Shown one piece after another: positions 39,640-49,794 of a stretch of 54,454 nucleotides of DNA. Position 1 is the stretch's first letter. The number at the start of each line of letters is the position of its first letter. Origin of the DNA: a virus (lineage: Duplodnaviria > Caudoviricetes); the IMG/VR virus record IMGVR_UViG_3300025141_000124, positions 1 to 54,454 of that record. The stretch is one strand, 5' to 3'. Below the pieces are notes generated by a model. That model worked only from the letters and a program-made list of their open reading frames with translations. It searched no databases and was not told where the DNA came from. The position numbers and the translations under genes were made by a program.

Positions 39640-42600
39640 TTATATTGTTTCAATAATGTTACTGACTTCTAAGATTCCAGACAAGGTATTCCATGCGCTA
39701 TTCTCTTGCATCAAGGAAAATCCTCCAGGCACATCGATAGACCTCTGACTGATGTTGTTGGTAATTAAAATATTTTTATAGGTGTTACCCTTGTTGAAGT
39801 AGATGACAGCCTGCTGATACCCTACCCCGTCAAAATAGCAATCACGAATCGTGACATTTTGATACGTCCCACCCGAACTGTTCCCGATATGAAATGGCAT
39901 CTCATTAATTGAGCCGGATTTTGTTGCCCCAGAAACATAGTCTGTAGCGGCTATAAAGCGTATACCGCTAAACTTAAAGTGCGCCTTTGTAGCGCCGGTG
40001 TTAGTGATGTTGTTGGTGACCCGGAAAACGGTGCCGGACTTTCCGGCTGCCTGATCAGCTATCCCCTCAAAAGTTAAGTTGCTTACATCTACTCCATATA
40101 GAATGGTGCTAGACCCTGTATCAGCGCCAAGTAATACCATTTCGTGCCTCTCGGCAGTTATCGGGGAATTGTCAAGAGGGAAGGAAGTGGCTCTTTTTAT
40201 TATCGAGGTTGGTCCAGTTCCATGGATCTTTACGTCAAAATTCAAGAACAATTTTTCTGTTAGTTCGTAAGTTCCTTCTTTTATAAAGACGCTCGGAATT
40301 CCAACATCGGGGAACATTTTTGAGAATATTTTCGCATATTGCACCGCCTTTTGCACGCTTGTAAAGTGACCAAACCTTTGATCATTAGACACAGTTATAT
40401 CAGCTATGAACTTGTAATCAAGATTGTCAACAAATAGTCTCAGGTCCGTAACTACAGAGGTTGATGTCGTGACGTATGCCAAGTGAGCAACATTCTGTGT
40501 ATAGAATGGAGATAGATAATCTATTCCAGCATCTGGATCAACTTCATTTCCAATTATAATGCATCCCTCGGCATTAAGTGCTACATAGAAGTTGGTAGTT
40601 GCGCCATTTGTATGATCATATACTAAGTTAGTATCTCCTAGATATTCTATTCTAATTCCGTTAACAACTCCAACTCCAGGGCTGATATTGATTAGAGAAG
40701 TTCCATCTCCATTATCAGTTACAGAGCTAACATCAATTCCTCTTATAATTCCGCTTCCTCTTAATTCATTTCTTGGACCCTGAATATATCTTTCTATAAA
40801 TGAACCAGATATAATTGTGTCATCTATTGTTCCGGTAGTTCGCTTATCAGTTGTATTTAGAACTCCAACTCCACCTGATCCAACGCTAGGCTCTTCAATT
40901 ACAACTCCAAACTCAGGAGAGAATATTGTTCTACAAAGATGAAGGGTAGATGACGGAAGCTCATCATATCCGTATATCGTAGAGGTTAAGTTTCCGGCGG
41001 TAATTGGGGTGGCTGCCTCGTTTGGAATAAAAACGTCTAGAACTATATAGTTCATCCCATCGCTAGAAAGAATCTTATATTCTCCGGTACTTCCGACAAA
41101 TGTTTCTTCACCATAGACGCCTAATGGCTCAAGCTTGATACTTGCCATACTACTAGTATCAATCTTTAGAGTAAATTCTTGGCTATCACCAATAAAATCT
41201 TGGGATACATCTTTTACTATGGCATAAAAATTCGCCACAGACATATGTCCGACAATATCCATCCTCTTCTTGAAAAATATATTTGCATTATCATCCGCAA
41301 ATATATCTAACATCATCATTCCATCTGTTTCAATAAAGTTTAACTCAGAAATTGGAGCCGTAGACCTTAAGATAAATACGGAGGATGTACTTGATAAAGT
41401 TCCTGAAAGTGGAGTAGTAAAATCTAGGATTAATTTAGCCGACTCGACTGTCTTAATAGAATATGTCCCGTCATCGGCCGGAACTGATGATCCATCAATT
41501 AAGACTAAATCTCCAGCTCTTACTCCGCTTGTTATAAAGTTTGTTGTGCCTACAGCGTTTAAGCCAGAAGTTCCAGATCCAATTGAAATAGAGGCAAGAG
41601 TATGACTTATTATTCTTCCGAAATTATCAATAATCTTTCCATTGATATGTGCTGAGTTTCCCGAAGAGCCGAGCACTACTCGATCTCGGATATATACAAG
41701 TCCCATAACCGTCGCCGCATCATTGGCTGACGCTGTAACAATCCTTAAGCTTCTAGCTTTGGAGTCGCCAGAATAGTTTGGCATGTTGTGAGACAGAGCT
41801 AGCTCATAGCAGTTTAAGGCCTTGAGCTTGTAGGCGAAGAAGTTTAACTTATTATCTGTGCAGAATCTATTTATTGTGGCGATGACTATATCAAGGGTTT
41901 GCGTTGAGTAATCTGAGTTAAAAATATCTATTTCGTAAGTAGTACTCTCATCAACTCTGACGGCCAGAGTGTCGATACTTCCATTTGCTAAATTTTCCGG
42001 CCTAGCTCTGGATGAAATAATTGTAGCAGAGTTTGGAAGACAAACCTGAACTAAGGGTGAATTACTAAATCCAAGCCTAGGCCTGACAGTACAATTTAGA
42101 GCGTTCTCATTATAAACAGTATAAGTGCTTTTGCTAATTCTGGCAGTAGTTCCTACTACTAGATTATTCTTTGGGCCATCATAAATCTCAACCGAACTTA
42201 GGCTTCCATCTAAGTTTAGATTTATAGATGAAATAAGATATTTAATATTATCTTCTTCATTTGGAGAATTTAAAATTTCTAATATATCAAATTCATTTAT
42301 GGTCGAAATAACAGTGGGACTACTCCCAAATGTTATAAGAGTTCTTGAGGCTCCACTAATGGCCGAATATGAAATCGAAGATGATGCCACCAGAATAGAT
42401 CCAGAGTCTAGGCCTTCGAAGGCATCAAGCGTCTCTCCAGTTCGAATTATTCCATTTGAATTTAAATTTAGAATAGAATTCCTTAAGCCAACTCCTTCTA
42501 GGTTTGCCAGATCATCTATAGCGCCCTGAACATCATCAGAATCAATAATATTTGAATTTAAAGTTTTATCATAATAAAGCTGATCGGCTTTATGCGAATT

Positions 42601-43194
42601 ATTAGCTGCACTTACGTTCTCTCCGGAAAATCCTATATGAGCATTATATAAGGCTTCAAATGCAGCCTGCACAGTGCCTGATGCCAAAGATAACGTGGCA
42701 ATAGACGACGCGACTACTGTTGCCGCCTCTGTATTAATTGCTTTTGCTTTATGTCTATTTACTGCATCGGGATGTATGTGTGTAGAGAGTATTGCGTTCA
42801 ACTCATTTAGGGCATCTAGAAGCAATTCTATCTTATTGTCCAGAATAGAAATTTCGTCCTGCAATAACTGAGTTGGAAAATTAAGCCTAAGCTTACCCTC
42901 TGCAATGGCAGCGGCTTTAGAAACATCCTCGTTTGTAATCGGCCCGGATAATATTCCTGCCTTATCAAGAGCTGTTTCTATTATGTTTCCATTTTCATCT
43001 AGAAGATTTCCAAGTCTTGATGCAACAGTATTTCCTGCGGCTCCCTGTGGGTTTATTCCAAGAGTCTTTTCTATATTGAATATTGCAGACCTAAGACTAT
43101 TAAGAACGTCAGATCCAATTTCTGTAATGTTATCTCTTACAGATGGAATCTCTACGGAAGTATCAAGTTTGCCTGGATAATTTGATTTAGCCAT
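39640..43194 (-). CDS. Virion appendage / tailspike-like protein B with C-terminal right-handed beta-helix, 1184 aa
   Basis: GHFTSVQKAV...VFIKEGTYEL...VKIHGTGPTSII...VSNLTFEG pectin-lyase-like entry pattern; paralogous to 43204..48333. Confidence 0.7.
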   Translation of the reverse strand: MAKSNYPGKLDTSVEIPSVRDNITEIGSDVLNSLRSAIFNIEKTLGINPQGAAGNTVASRLGNLLDENGNIIETALDKAGILSGPITNEDVSKAAAIAEGKLRLNFPTQLLQDEISILDNKIELLLDALNELNAILSTHIHPDAVNRHKAKAINTEAATVVASSIATLSLASGTVQAAFEALYNAHIGFSGENVSAANNSHKADQLYYDKTLNSNIIDSDDVQGAIDDLANLEGVGLRNSILNLNSNGIIRTGETLDAFEGLDSGSILVASSSISYSAISGASRTLITFGSSPTVISTINEFDILEILNSPNEEDNIKYLISSINLNLDGSLSSVEIYDGPKNNLVVGTTARISKSTYTVYNENALNCTVRPRLGFSNSPLVQVCLPNSATIISSRARPENLANGSIDTLAVRVDESTTYEIDIFNSDYSTQTLDIVIATINRFCTDNKLNFFAYKLKALNCYELALSHNMPNYSGDSKARSLRIVTASANDAATVMGLVYIRDRVVLGSSGNSAHINGKIIDNFGRIISHTLASISIGSGTSGLNAVGTTNFITSGVRAGDLVLIDGSSVPADDGTYSIKTVESAKLILDFTTPLSGTLSSTSSVFILRSTAPISELNFIETDGMMMLDIFADDNANIFFKKRMDIVGHMSVANFYAIVKDVSQDFIGDSQEFTLKIDTSSMASIKLEPLGVYGEETFVGSTGEYKILSSDGMNYIVLDVFIPNEAATPITAGNLTSTIYGYDELPSSTLHLCRTIFSPEFGVVIEEPSVGSGGVGVLNTTDKRTTGTIDDTIISGSFIERYIQGPRNELRGSGIIRGIDVSSVTDNGDGTSLINISPGVGVVNGIRIEYLGDTNLVYDHTNGATTNFYVALNAEGCIIIGNEVDPDAGIDYLSPFYTQNVAHLAYVTTSTSVVTDLRLFVDNLDYKFIADITVSNDQRFGHFTSVQKAVQYAKIFSKMFPDVGIPSVFIKEGTYELTEKLFLNFDVKIHGTGPTSIIKRATSFPLDNSPITAERHEMVLLGADTGSSTILYGVDVSNLTFEGIADQAAGKSGTVFRVTNNITNTGATKAHFKFSGIRFIAATDYVSGATKSGSINEMPFHIGNSSGGTYQNVTIRDCYFDGVGYQQAVIYFNKGNTYKNILITNNISQRSIDVPGGFSLMQENSAWNTLSGILEVSNIIETI

Positions 43195-43203
43195 TATTTA
43201 TTC

Positions 43204-46200
43204 CTATCCACAGTGATATGTACATCCAACAAATGCCTTTCTATAAGTCTGGCCATTATGCTCAAACTCAAAACAATTATACGATTTATTATCTAATTCA
43301 AAATTACAATCACAAGTTATTTTTGCAACAGTATAATTATGCAGTAAATCATCATCTTGTCTCATTCCGTATCCTGGAATTTCACATGTTGTAATGTAAT
43401 CTCCATTTTCAAGATCACCGTTAATATTACAAATCCAAATACCACCTTCTCCAAGAGAGTTTATGATTAATCTGTTATCATTCTTTTCGAAAGTTGAAAC
43501 AAATGCTCCAACAGCATAAACCCTGGAATCACTATTCTCATCTTCAGAGTCAGATATAACTCCAAATACCCGTTTGTCCATACGAGTAGTTGATAGACCT
43601 GTGATGGGCAGGGCTTCGTTAATTTTTGCGTGAATAGAAGAATCCAAATTCTCATATCTGCCTAATGAAGCTACGATTAGCCCCACATGTGCAGCACTAT
43701 AGATGTCCTCATCTGACGCAGACCTATGCTGCCCAGTGAAGTCAAGGCCATCTGTGTCTACTGAGTTATTTCGGATAAAGGCCTTGACTTCACTGGTTCC
43801 ATATGTAGATGAAAAATGATGAAAAGCAAGAGCATCCTGGGCTAGGGCCGGACCAGATAATGGATACTGCGCCAGATTCCGAATGTTCCAGAAGTTAGTA
43901 TCAGTAGCGTTCTCCCCGTTGTGTGTGCCATTCTTGTGAATATTTAGCCCTGTATAGGCTGAGTCAGCAGTCTGTTGAAAGATGTCAAGCCTACCAAAGT
44001 TTGTATCCATCCTAAAGCTTTCATAAAAATCTGTACCATATGGAGATCCAGAGGCAAGGCCTGGGTCATATTCACCAAAACTTATAGTGCTAGACAACGA
44101 CACAGGATCAACGACATCCCTATTTATGGCTATATCTCCAACGCCGCCGCCTGCGCTGCCACGTATATATAAGCTCTGCTTGGCGCTCGTACAGATATTT
44201 ATAATAGCAGGAGTTTCCGCCGAGACTGTAGAGTCATAAAAGTTCACAAGGCCCTTAGCCCTGATTGTCTCAGTATTACCAGCATTGAGAGCCGAAGCCC
44301 CGATTAAAACAGGGCTGTCTCCTTCATGATTCAGGTGCAGCTCGTCCATGGCATCGCCATTTCTGGCCATAATTTCATTGCGGTCTACGGCAATATGCTG
44401 CCCCGCCTTACTTCCAACAATAAGGGCTCCAGACTCCCTATCTGTCGGAACAACATCACTAGCGGTTGACTCTATATAAACTTGTCCGCTTATATGTGCT
44501 GTATTTTCCGGAGAAGCTGTTCCAACTCCGAGCCTCCCGCCCATAACTAAGCCTCTGCTGATTCTATCTCCCCAAAGATAGGAGCTGGAGGCATCTGGGC
44601 TGGGATCAGATGTGCCATCTGTACTGTCGGACATAGTGTTGGCTCTGAACTCAATATTATTGAACGAAGCAGATCCTACAAAATCAAATATATGGCCGAC
44701 TCCAGATACATAAACTGCGTAATGAGACTCTCCATCAATAGCTCCGTCTCCTGTTCCTCGAAAATTATTATTTGATATATTTATATTAAAATGGTCAGAT
44801 GCATTATATACATTACTCTTAATGTGAGAGTTTAAAAACTCACAATTAGTCACACTTAAATTTCCTATTTTAGTCCCTGCGGCGGCGTCTAGTCCTTGGA
44901 CTAGAACTCCATAGTTATATTGGTCAAATACAGTTCTTCCAGACTGATCGAAGACAACATTATCAATATTGATTGAGTAGTTTTGCTTAGACACTCCACT
45001 TTCTAGCACCGGATCAAAGATCAAAACCCCAGATAAATTGAGCTTTAAATCTTTAATATTAATAACTCCAGACGTTAAGACATCTGCATCTCCGTCTGGA
45101 GCAGATGCTGCTAACCCAGAGCCGGCAATATACAACCAGTTACTCATCTTTGATTCACCAGCATTGCCTCTGGTGTCAGCGCCAGCAACCGTATTAGTAA
45201 ACGTTCTAATTAAGTCAAGAACTGTTGACTCACCCTCTCCCACCAAGTTTACTGGGAAGTTTATCCAGATTCCTCCATCATAAGCTGGCTGAACATCCGT
45301 GACACTCCGAGGGGTGTAGAGGGCATCCGTTGTGCTCATCTCTGTGACGATCTGGTGGGTTCCAGACTTCAAATGGACAGTGGGGATGCCGGCCTTTGGG
45401 AACGCCTGAGAGAATCGCTTAGCGTACTTCAGGGCCTTATTTATATCAGAGAAGTGTCCCATTCCAGGCTGGGGGCTTACTGTTATCGAATTTAGAATTC
45501 TTAAATCTAAATTATCAATAAATAGGCGAAGATCAATTATTGCAATACTTGTTCCATTATTTTCGACAGCACCTAAGATGCAATAATCATATGGACTAAA
45601 TGGGCAATCACATGCGGCAGGGTCTGGAGCTTTAAACGATAACTCTCCCCATGAGTTTATTGCTGCATAAAACTTGTCTACAATTGGTACACCCGGTCCA
45701 GTCTCGATATCCGTTACATATTCAGAAACCTCTTGAAGCTCAAATCTTTTGCCGCGAACATAGCAAACACCAGCAGACACGGAAACCGTGTACGTTGTTC
45801 CGTTGTCTGTGACTTCGGTTACTTCTAGTCCGCGAATAACTCCATTTGATCTTGTTTCAAGAAGCGGAGATTGGTATAAGGAGAATAAAACATCAGTTCC
45901 TATATCTTTTATTCCAACCGATCCCTTCCTTAGCTTGCCAAATGTTCTGGGGTAATCTCTTCCGGCTCCAGCAATTCTCGATACCGATGCGTCGTAATGA
46001 ACTCTTCCTAATAGAAGATTCTCTTCTTCATTTATTCCTGAGTATCCATATAAAGCTATAGAGAAGCCTACGGCGTCGGCTACAATTTTGGCAGCAATTC
46101 TATCTGAATCCTTAACAAATACGGTTATAGACGTATTATATTTGCCAGAATAAAGAGTTATGTATTCTGATTTAATATTTTCAAATTTAAAAACTTCTCC

Positions 46201-48333
46201 AGAATCAAGGCTCATCTCAATCTCTTGATCTGTCACGTCTGTAGAAGATTTGTTTATTAGAAGAGTTCCGGTATTGGTGCTGCTATATACAGATATATCT
46301 CCATCAAAATCAACTACCGCTGCTAAGCTTTCGGACCCAGCGAAAACCTCTGTGCCATATGTTAGCCTTTCTTTGTATAGAATTTCTCGATTTGTTCTAT
46401 CCATGAATACATCTATAACAGATGCAGACGAAGCTCCTCCGGGCATAACTTTAAATGCCATTTCATTTAACGAAACAGAATTTTTATATATTGTAAATTG
46501 AGTATCAGAATCAGATATGCTGGTCCACTTATTACTAACTAGCTGTGTTACATCAACAGAGAAGGTATTTGAACTTACATCTAAAATTACGTAGGTTCCA
46601 TCGTCACCAGGCGAATCCGATATAACAAGTATATCGCCATTTCTTATTCCAGACTCAACGAAGTCTATTGAGCTTGATGTAACTGATGATGTTCCGGATA
46701 GCATAGTTAGCCCGGTAATAGAAATCTTTGTGTCTAGACCAGTAAATGCTCTTCCCTGAATGAGATATTGGGTTCCAGGCTCTGATGTTACGGTGATATC
46801 CTCAAGCTCGCCAAGGCCAATGGAATCTATGGCTCCATCAGCTCCTCGTGAAAATTTAATCGTATACTCTTTTGTTGTTGTGCTTGGAATCGAGTGTACG
46901 AAGACAATTTCCGAATGATCTTTTTGATCATAGTCTAGCCTATAAGCTGAGACGCTTAATCTGTTTTCTGCAAATTGAGCATTAAGAGCTTTAAGGATTG
47001 AGTTAAGTGATTGGCTTTCTCCAGTTAAGCTCAGATCTCCATCATAAAGGTCTAATATAATGCTAGCCGCTCCGTCTATAGATATTTTCAAATATCTATT
47101 AGTCAAGCTTATTTCTCTCGGACGAATATTTCGAGTAGATATATTTGCCGAATTTGGATTAGAAACCTGAATAACATCTGCGTTGTTGAACGAGATAGCT
47201 CCACCAGATTGATATTCTCTTGCAGTTAGCAGTAGGCCTACCGGCTCAGAAACTCTATTTTTATTTCTATAAATTTTTGCCGTTGTATCATCTTCTGATT
47301 CGGCTAAAAATTGGCCGTAAATATCAACACTTTCAATACTTAATCCGTCTATCGAGTAGTTGACTTGATAAATCTGGAAAGAAAGAGTTTCAGTTGGAGT
47401 TGTTATCTCTAAAATATCAGATGATGATATAGAGAGGTCTGGAACATCTGGGCTATCCGAGAATAGAACATTAGAGATAATGCTATTGGCGCTAGTACTT
47501 GATGTAGTATAGTAGACATCTTCCTCTGATAATAGCAGCGCGCCCTTTGTTGGTTCCGCTGTAGATGTTAGAAGATTAGATCTCAATATAGAGTTGGCAT
47601 GATGTAGATTCTGGTGTCCATCAACTTGCCCAACTGTGATATCTAGGGTTGCTTCAATCGCGTCCTGTACGTTATCTGCATTAATAAGCGCAGAAACATT
47701 TTCATCATCAAAGAAAACCTGCTCACTAGTATGGGACCTATTTGACCCCGATATATCTGCTCCGCTATAATTGATATGCGAATCAAATATTTGTTGGAAA
47801 GCCGCCTGTGCTGTCATTGCAGCAGAAGACGTAACTCCCAAGGCTGATGGGGTATTTAAAATAGCATCTATAGCTATAGCAAGACCCTTATGGCGATTGG
47901 TTGCGGCAGGATGTATATGGGCGGACAGCGTTGTATTTAGATCGGCTATAGAAGCCTCTAACAAATCTACCTGTAAAATTATTTGAGAAATTTCATCCTG
48001 TAGTAGCTGTGTTGGGAAATTGAGTCGAAGCTTTCCTTCCGCAATTGCGGCCGCCTTTGAAACATCTTCATTTGTAATTGGGCCAGATAACAGACCGGCC
48101 CGATTTAGGGCGTCAGATTTAATATTTCCATTGCTATCAAGAGCTTTGCCGATTCTTACAGCTACAGAGTTTCCTACGGCACCCTGTGGGTTCACTCCGA
48201 GCGTGCGTTCAATCTGAAATATAGCGGACCTAAGGCTGTTAATAACATCTGATCCAATTTCTACAATATTATCTCTTACGGCAGGTATTTCTACCGACGT
48301 ATCTAGTTTATTTGGATAATTTGATTTTGCCAT
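43204..48333 (-). CDS. Virion appendage / tailspike-like protein A with beta-helix, fibre segment and putative C-terminal intramolecular chaperone, 1709 aa
   Basis: GHFSDINKAL...VHLKSGT...VNLVGEGESTVL beta-helix entry; GRLGVGTASP fibre motif; C-terminal FTGQHR...NSLGEGGIW...GDYITT...GYGMRQ...YTVAKIT...FVGCTYHCG. Confidence 0.75.
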   Translation of the reverse strand: MAKSNYPNKLDTSVEIPAVRDNIVEIGSDVINSLRSAIFQIERTLGVNPQGAVGNSVAVRIGKALDSNGNIKSDALNRAGLLSGPITNEDVSKAAAIAEGKLRLNFPTQLLQDEISQIILQVDLLEASIADLNTTLSAHIHPAATNRHKGLAIAIDAILNTPSALGVTSSAAMTAQAAFQQIFDSHINYSGADISGSNRSHTSEQVFFDDENVSALINADNVQDAIEATLDITVGQVDGHQNLHHANSILRSNLLTSTAEPTKGALLLSEEDVYYTTSSTSANSIISNVLFSDSPDVPDLSISSSDILEITTPTETLSFQIYQVNYSIDGLSIESVDIYGQFLAESEDDTTAKIYRNKNRVSEPVGLLLTAREYQSGGAISFNNADVIQVSNPNSANISTRNIRPREISLTNRYLKISIDGAASIILDLYDGDLSLTGESQSLNSILKALNAQFAENRLSVSAYRLDYDQKDHSEIVFVHSIPSTTTKEYTIKFSRGADGAIDSIGLGELEDITVTSEPGTQYLIQGRAFTGLDTKISITGLTMLSGTSSVTSSSIDFVESGIRNGDILVISDSPGDDGTYVILDVSSNTFSVDVTQLVSNKWTSISDSDTQFTIYKNSVSLNEMAFKVMPGGASSASVIDVFMDRTNREILYKERLTYGTEVFAGSESLAAVVDFDGDISVYSSTNTGTLLINKSSTDVTDQEIEMSLDSGEVFKFENIKSEYITLYSGKYNTSITVFVKDSDRIAAKIVADAVGFSIALYGYSGINEEENLLLGRVHYDASVSRIAGAGRDYPRTFGKLRKGSVGIKDIGTDVLFSLYQSPLLETRSNGVIRGLEVTEVTDNGTTYTVSVSAGVCYVRGKRFELQEVSEYVTDIETGPGVPIVDKFYAAINSWGELSFKAPDPAACDCPFSPYDYCILGAVENNGTSIAIIDLRLFIDNLDLRILNSITVSPQPGMGHFSDINKALKYAKRFSQAFPKAGIPTVHLKSGTHQIVTEMSTTDALYTPRSVTDVQPAYDGGIWINFPVNLVGEGESTVLDLIRTFTNTVAGADTRGNAGESKMSNWLYIAGSGLAASAPDGDADVLTSGVINIKDLKLNLSGVLIFDPVLESGVSKQNYSINIDNVVFDQSGRTVFDQYNYGVLVQGLDAAAGTKIGNLSVTNCEFLNSHIKSNVYNASDHFNINISNNNFRGTGDGAIDGESHYAVYVSGVGHIFDFVGSASFNNIEFRANTMSDSTDGTSDPSPDASSSYLWGDRISRGLVMGGRLGVGTASPENTAHISGQVYIESTASDVVPTDRESGALIVGSKAGQHIAVDRNEIMARNGDAMDELHLNHEGDSPVLIGASALNAGNTETIRAKGLVNFYDSTVSAETPAIINICTSAKQSLYIRGSAGGGVGDIAINRDVVDPVSLSSTISFGEYDPGLASGSPYGTDFYESFRMDTNFGRLDIFQQTADSAYTGLNIHKNGTHNGENATDTNFWNIRNLAQYPLSGPALAQDALAFHHFSSTYGTSEVKAFIRNNSVDTDGLDFTGQHRSASDEDIYSAAHVGLIVASLGRYENLDSSIHAKINEALPITGLSTTRMDKRVFGVISDSEDENSDSRVYAVGAFVSTFEKNDNRLIINSLGEGGIWICNINGDLENGDYITTCEIPGYGMRQDDDLLHNYTVAKITCDCNFELDNKSYNCFEFEHNGQTYRKAFVGCTYHCG

Positions 48334-48383
48334 TAATTTATTCCGCTTATATCATTAAATTATGTTATATTATATCATGCTTA

Positions 48384-48390
48384 ATTAGTA
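48384..48390 (-). promoter_or_regulatory. Candidate late-promoter motif TACTAAT upstream of the 1709-aa appendage gene
   Basis: Recurrent intergenic heptamer, 50 nt upstream of the ATG. Confidence 0.45.
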
Positions 48391-48403
48391 TTAAACTACT
48401 TGA

Positions 48404-48877
48404 TTATGGGGTCGTAATGATGGCAACATCGGTTGCCGCATCTGCAAGTAGAAAAGATCCAATAGTTAGCGCAACTCCTAGCGATAAAAACCCTATATTC
48501 TCAATAGTTTGTAGCCTATCTCTTTTGCGATACTTATCGAGAAGGCCCTGATCTAAAAGATGTAAATCTTTATAGTCGCTTATTTGAGTTTTATAAAACT
48601 CCTCGCTTAGCTTATATAGATCAATCTGCTGAGTCCTAACTACTTCTAATTCTTTATACCTTTCTAACTCAAGTACCTTTAGGTCTAATTCCTCAGATTG
48701 CTTCTCTAACTCTATAATTCTAGCCTTTAAGGCCTCAGCCTCTTCTATTGTAAAGACGTAAGAGTCATTCTCCAATACAGTTCCGGCCGGCATTCTATCT
48801 CCAGCATAACTATTTCCAACAAAGGCGAATGGGAAGGCTAAAAAAATGCAAAGAAAAATAACTAAACCTCTTTTCAT
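48404..48877 (-). CDS. Exported coiled-coil protein with signal peptide and C-terminal hydrophobic helix (spanin-like candidate), 157 aa
   Basis: MKRGLVIFLCIFLAFPFAFVGNSYA|G signal peptide, central coiled coil, C-terminal IGFLSLGVALTIGSFLLA. Confidence 0.6.
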   Translation of the reverse strand: MKRGLVIFLCIFLAFPFAFVGNSYAGDRMPAGTVLENDSYVFTIEEAEALKARIIELEKQSEELDLKVLELERYKELEVVRTQQIDLYKLSEEFYKTQISDYKDLHLLDQGLLDKYRKRDRLQTIENIGFLSLGVALTIGSFLLADAATDVAIITTP

Positions 48878-49065
48878 AATTTTATCTCTATCCTTCCCAT
48901 TGGCTCAAGAGGTGCAACTTTTTCTGGGTCAATTAACCCCTCTAGCTCTCTTATGTCAATTCTCAGATGATCCTTCGGACGAATTCCTTCTGCTAAAGAT
49001 ATAATCTTTTCTTTGATCAGGCCATCCTCAATAGAACTTATTAATGAATTTAATTTTGTTAACAT
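48874..49065 (-). CDS. Hypothetical protein, 63 aa
   Basis: Overlaps both neighbours (1 nt and 4 nt), consistent with translational coupling. Confidence 0.6.
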   Translation of the reverse strand: MLTKLNSLISSIEDGLIKEKIISLAEGIRPKDHLRIDIRELEGLIDPEKVAPLEPMGRIEIKL

Positions 49066-49433
49066 TAAAACCCCCTATCATCGAAGAAGTCATCTAGGTC
49101 CTCTGGAGCTTTCTCTTTCGAGGTTGTCTTTTCGATTTCTTCGATTTCTTCTTTTATTCTAGCGGCCTGTGTTTCGAGATCAGAAATTTTTTCATTGTTT
49201 TTGTCAATTTCTTCTGCAGTATTTTCTATTTCTATTTCTTTTCTAATCTTTTTTAGTTCTAATTTTAGAATATCCTTTGTATTTGCATTCTTGTTTAAAG
49301 CAAAAAATAAGACAGCTCCAATTATTCCGAATAATGTAACAAAAAATATTTTAATCTTTACGCCAAGGCCTTTTACCCAGCCAAAAAATCCAAGCTTCTT
49401 AGCCTTCTCTTCAACCTCTTCTATATCACTCAT
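49065..49433 (-). CDS. Membrane-anchored coiled-coil protein (i-spanin/Rz-like topology), about 122 aa
   Basis: One TM helix IFFVTLFGIIGAVLFFAL followed by a long charged coiled coil; ATG 49433 has AAGGAG SD and overlaps the upstream stop, so it is preferred over the track start 49454. Confidence 0.6.
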   Translation of the reverse strand: MSDIEEVEEKAKKLGFFGWVKGLGVKIKIFFVTLFGIIGAVLFFALNKNANTKDILKLELKKIRKEIEIENTAEEIDKNNEKISDLETQAARIKEEIEEIEKTTSKEKAPEDLDDFFDDRGF

Positions 49434-49680
49434 CTTTCTCCTTTGGCAGAGCACTAAACTTCTTATCTGTCCATCGCCTAGTTACGTAAGCTGTAAATGT
49501 AGCCGCCAGATAAGAGGTCATAGTGGCCGCCTCCATAGATGCAAACTTGATTTCAAATGAATTATACGTTATATTTCCAAATGTAGCCAATAGAATATTA
49601 ACCGTAACTACCAAGAAGGCAAAAAAGGCGAAAGTCAGCATTGCATCGGGGCGACCTGATGTATTTTTAATCCATTTCAT
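49426..49680 (-). CDS. Small two-TM membrane protein, holin-like, 84 aa
   Basis: Two hydrophobic helices and a charged C-terminus (RRWTDKKFSALPKEKDE); AGGAG SD. Confidence 0.55.
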   Translation of the reverse strand: MKWIKNTSGRPDAMLTFAFFAFLVVTVNILLATFGNITYNSFEIKFASMEAATMTSYLAATFTAYVTRRWTDKKFSALPKEKDE

Positions 49681-49794
49681 TTTAATCTCTCCTATATTTG
49701 TAAATTCAAATAATTATTTATTTTGTGTGATTTTTATAGAATTCAGAAAACTTCTTTTCTTCATTACATTTTGTGCATTTTTAATAGTCATAAT

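Noticed and set aside
49681-49794. Structured ncRNA or tRNA in the AT-rich intergenic gap
   Set aside because: No convincing stem or cloverleaf by eye; more likely promoter or spacer sequence.
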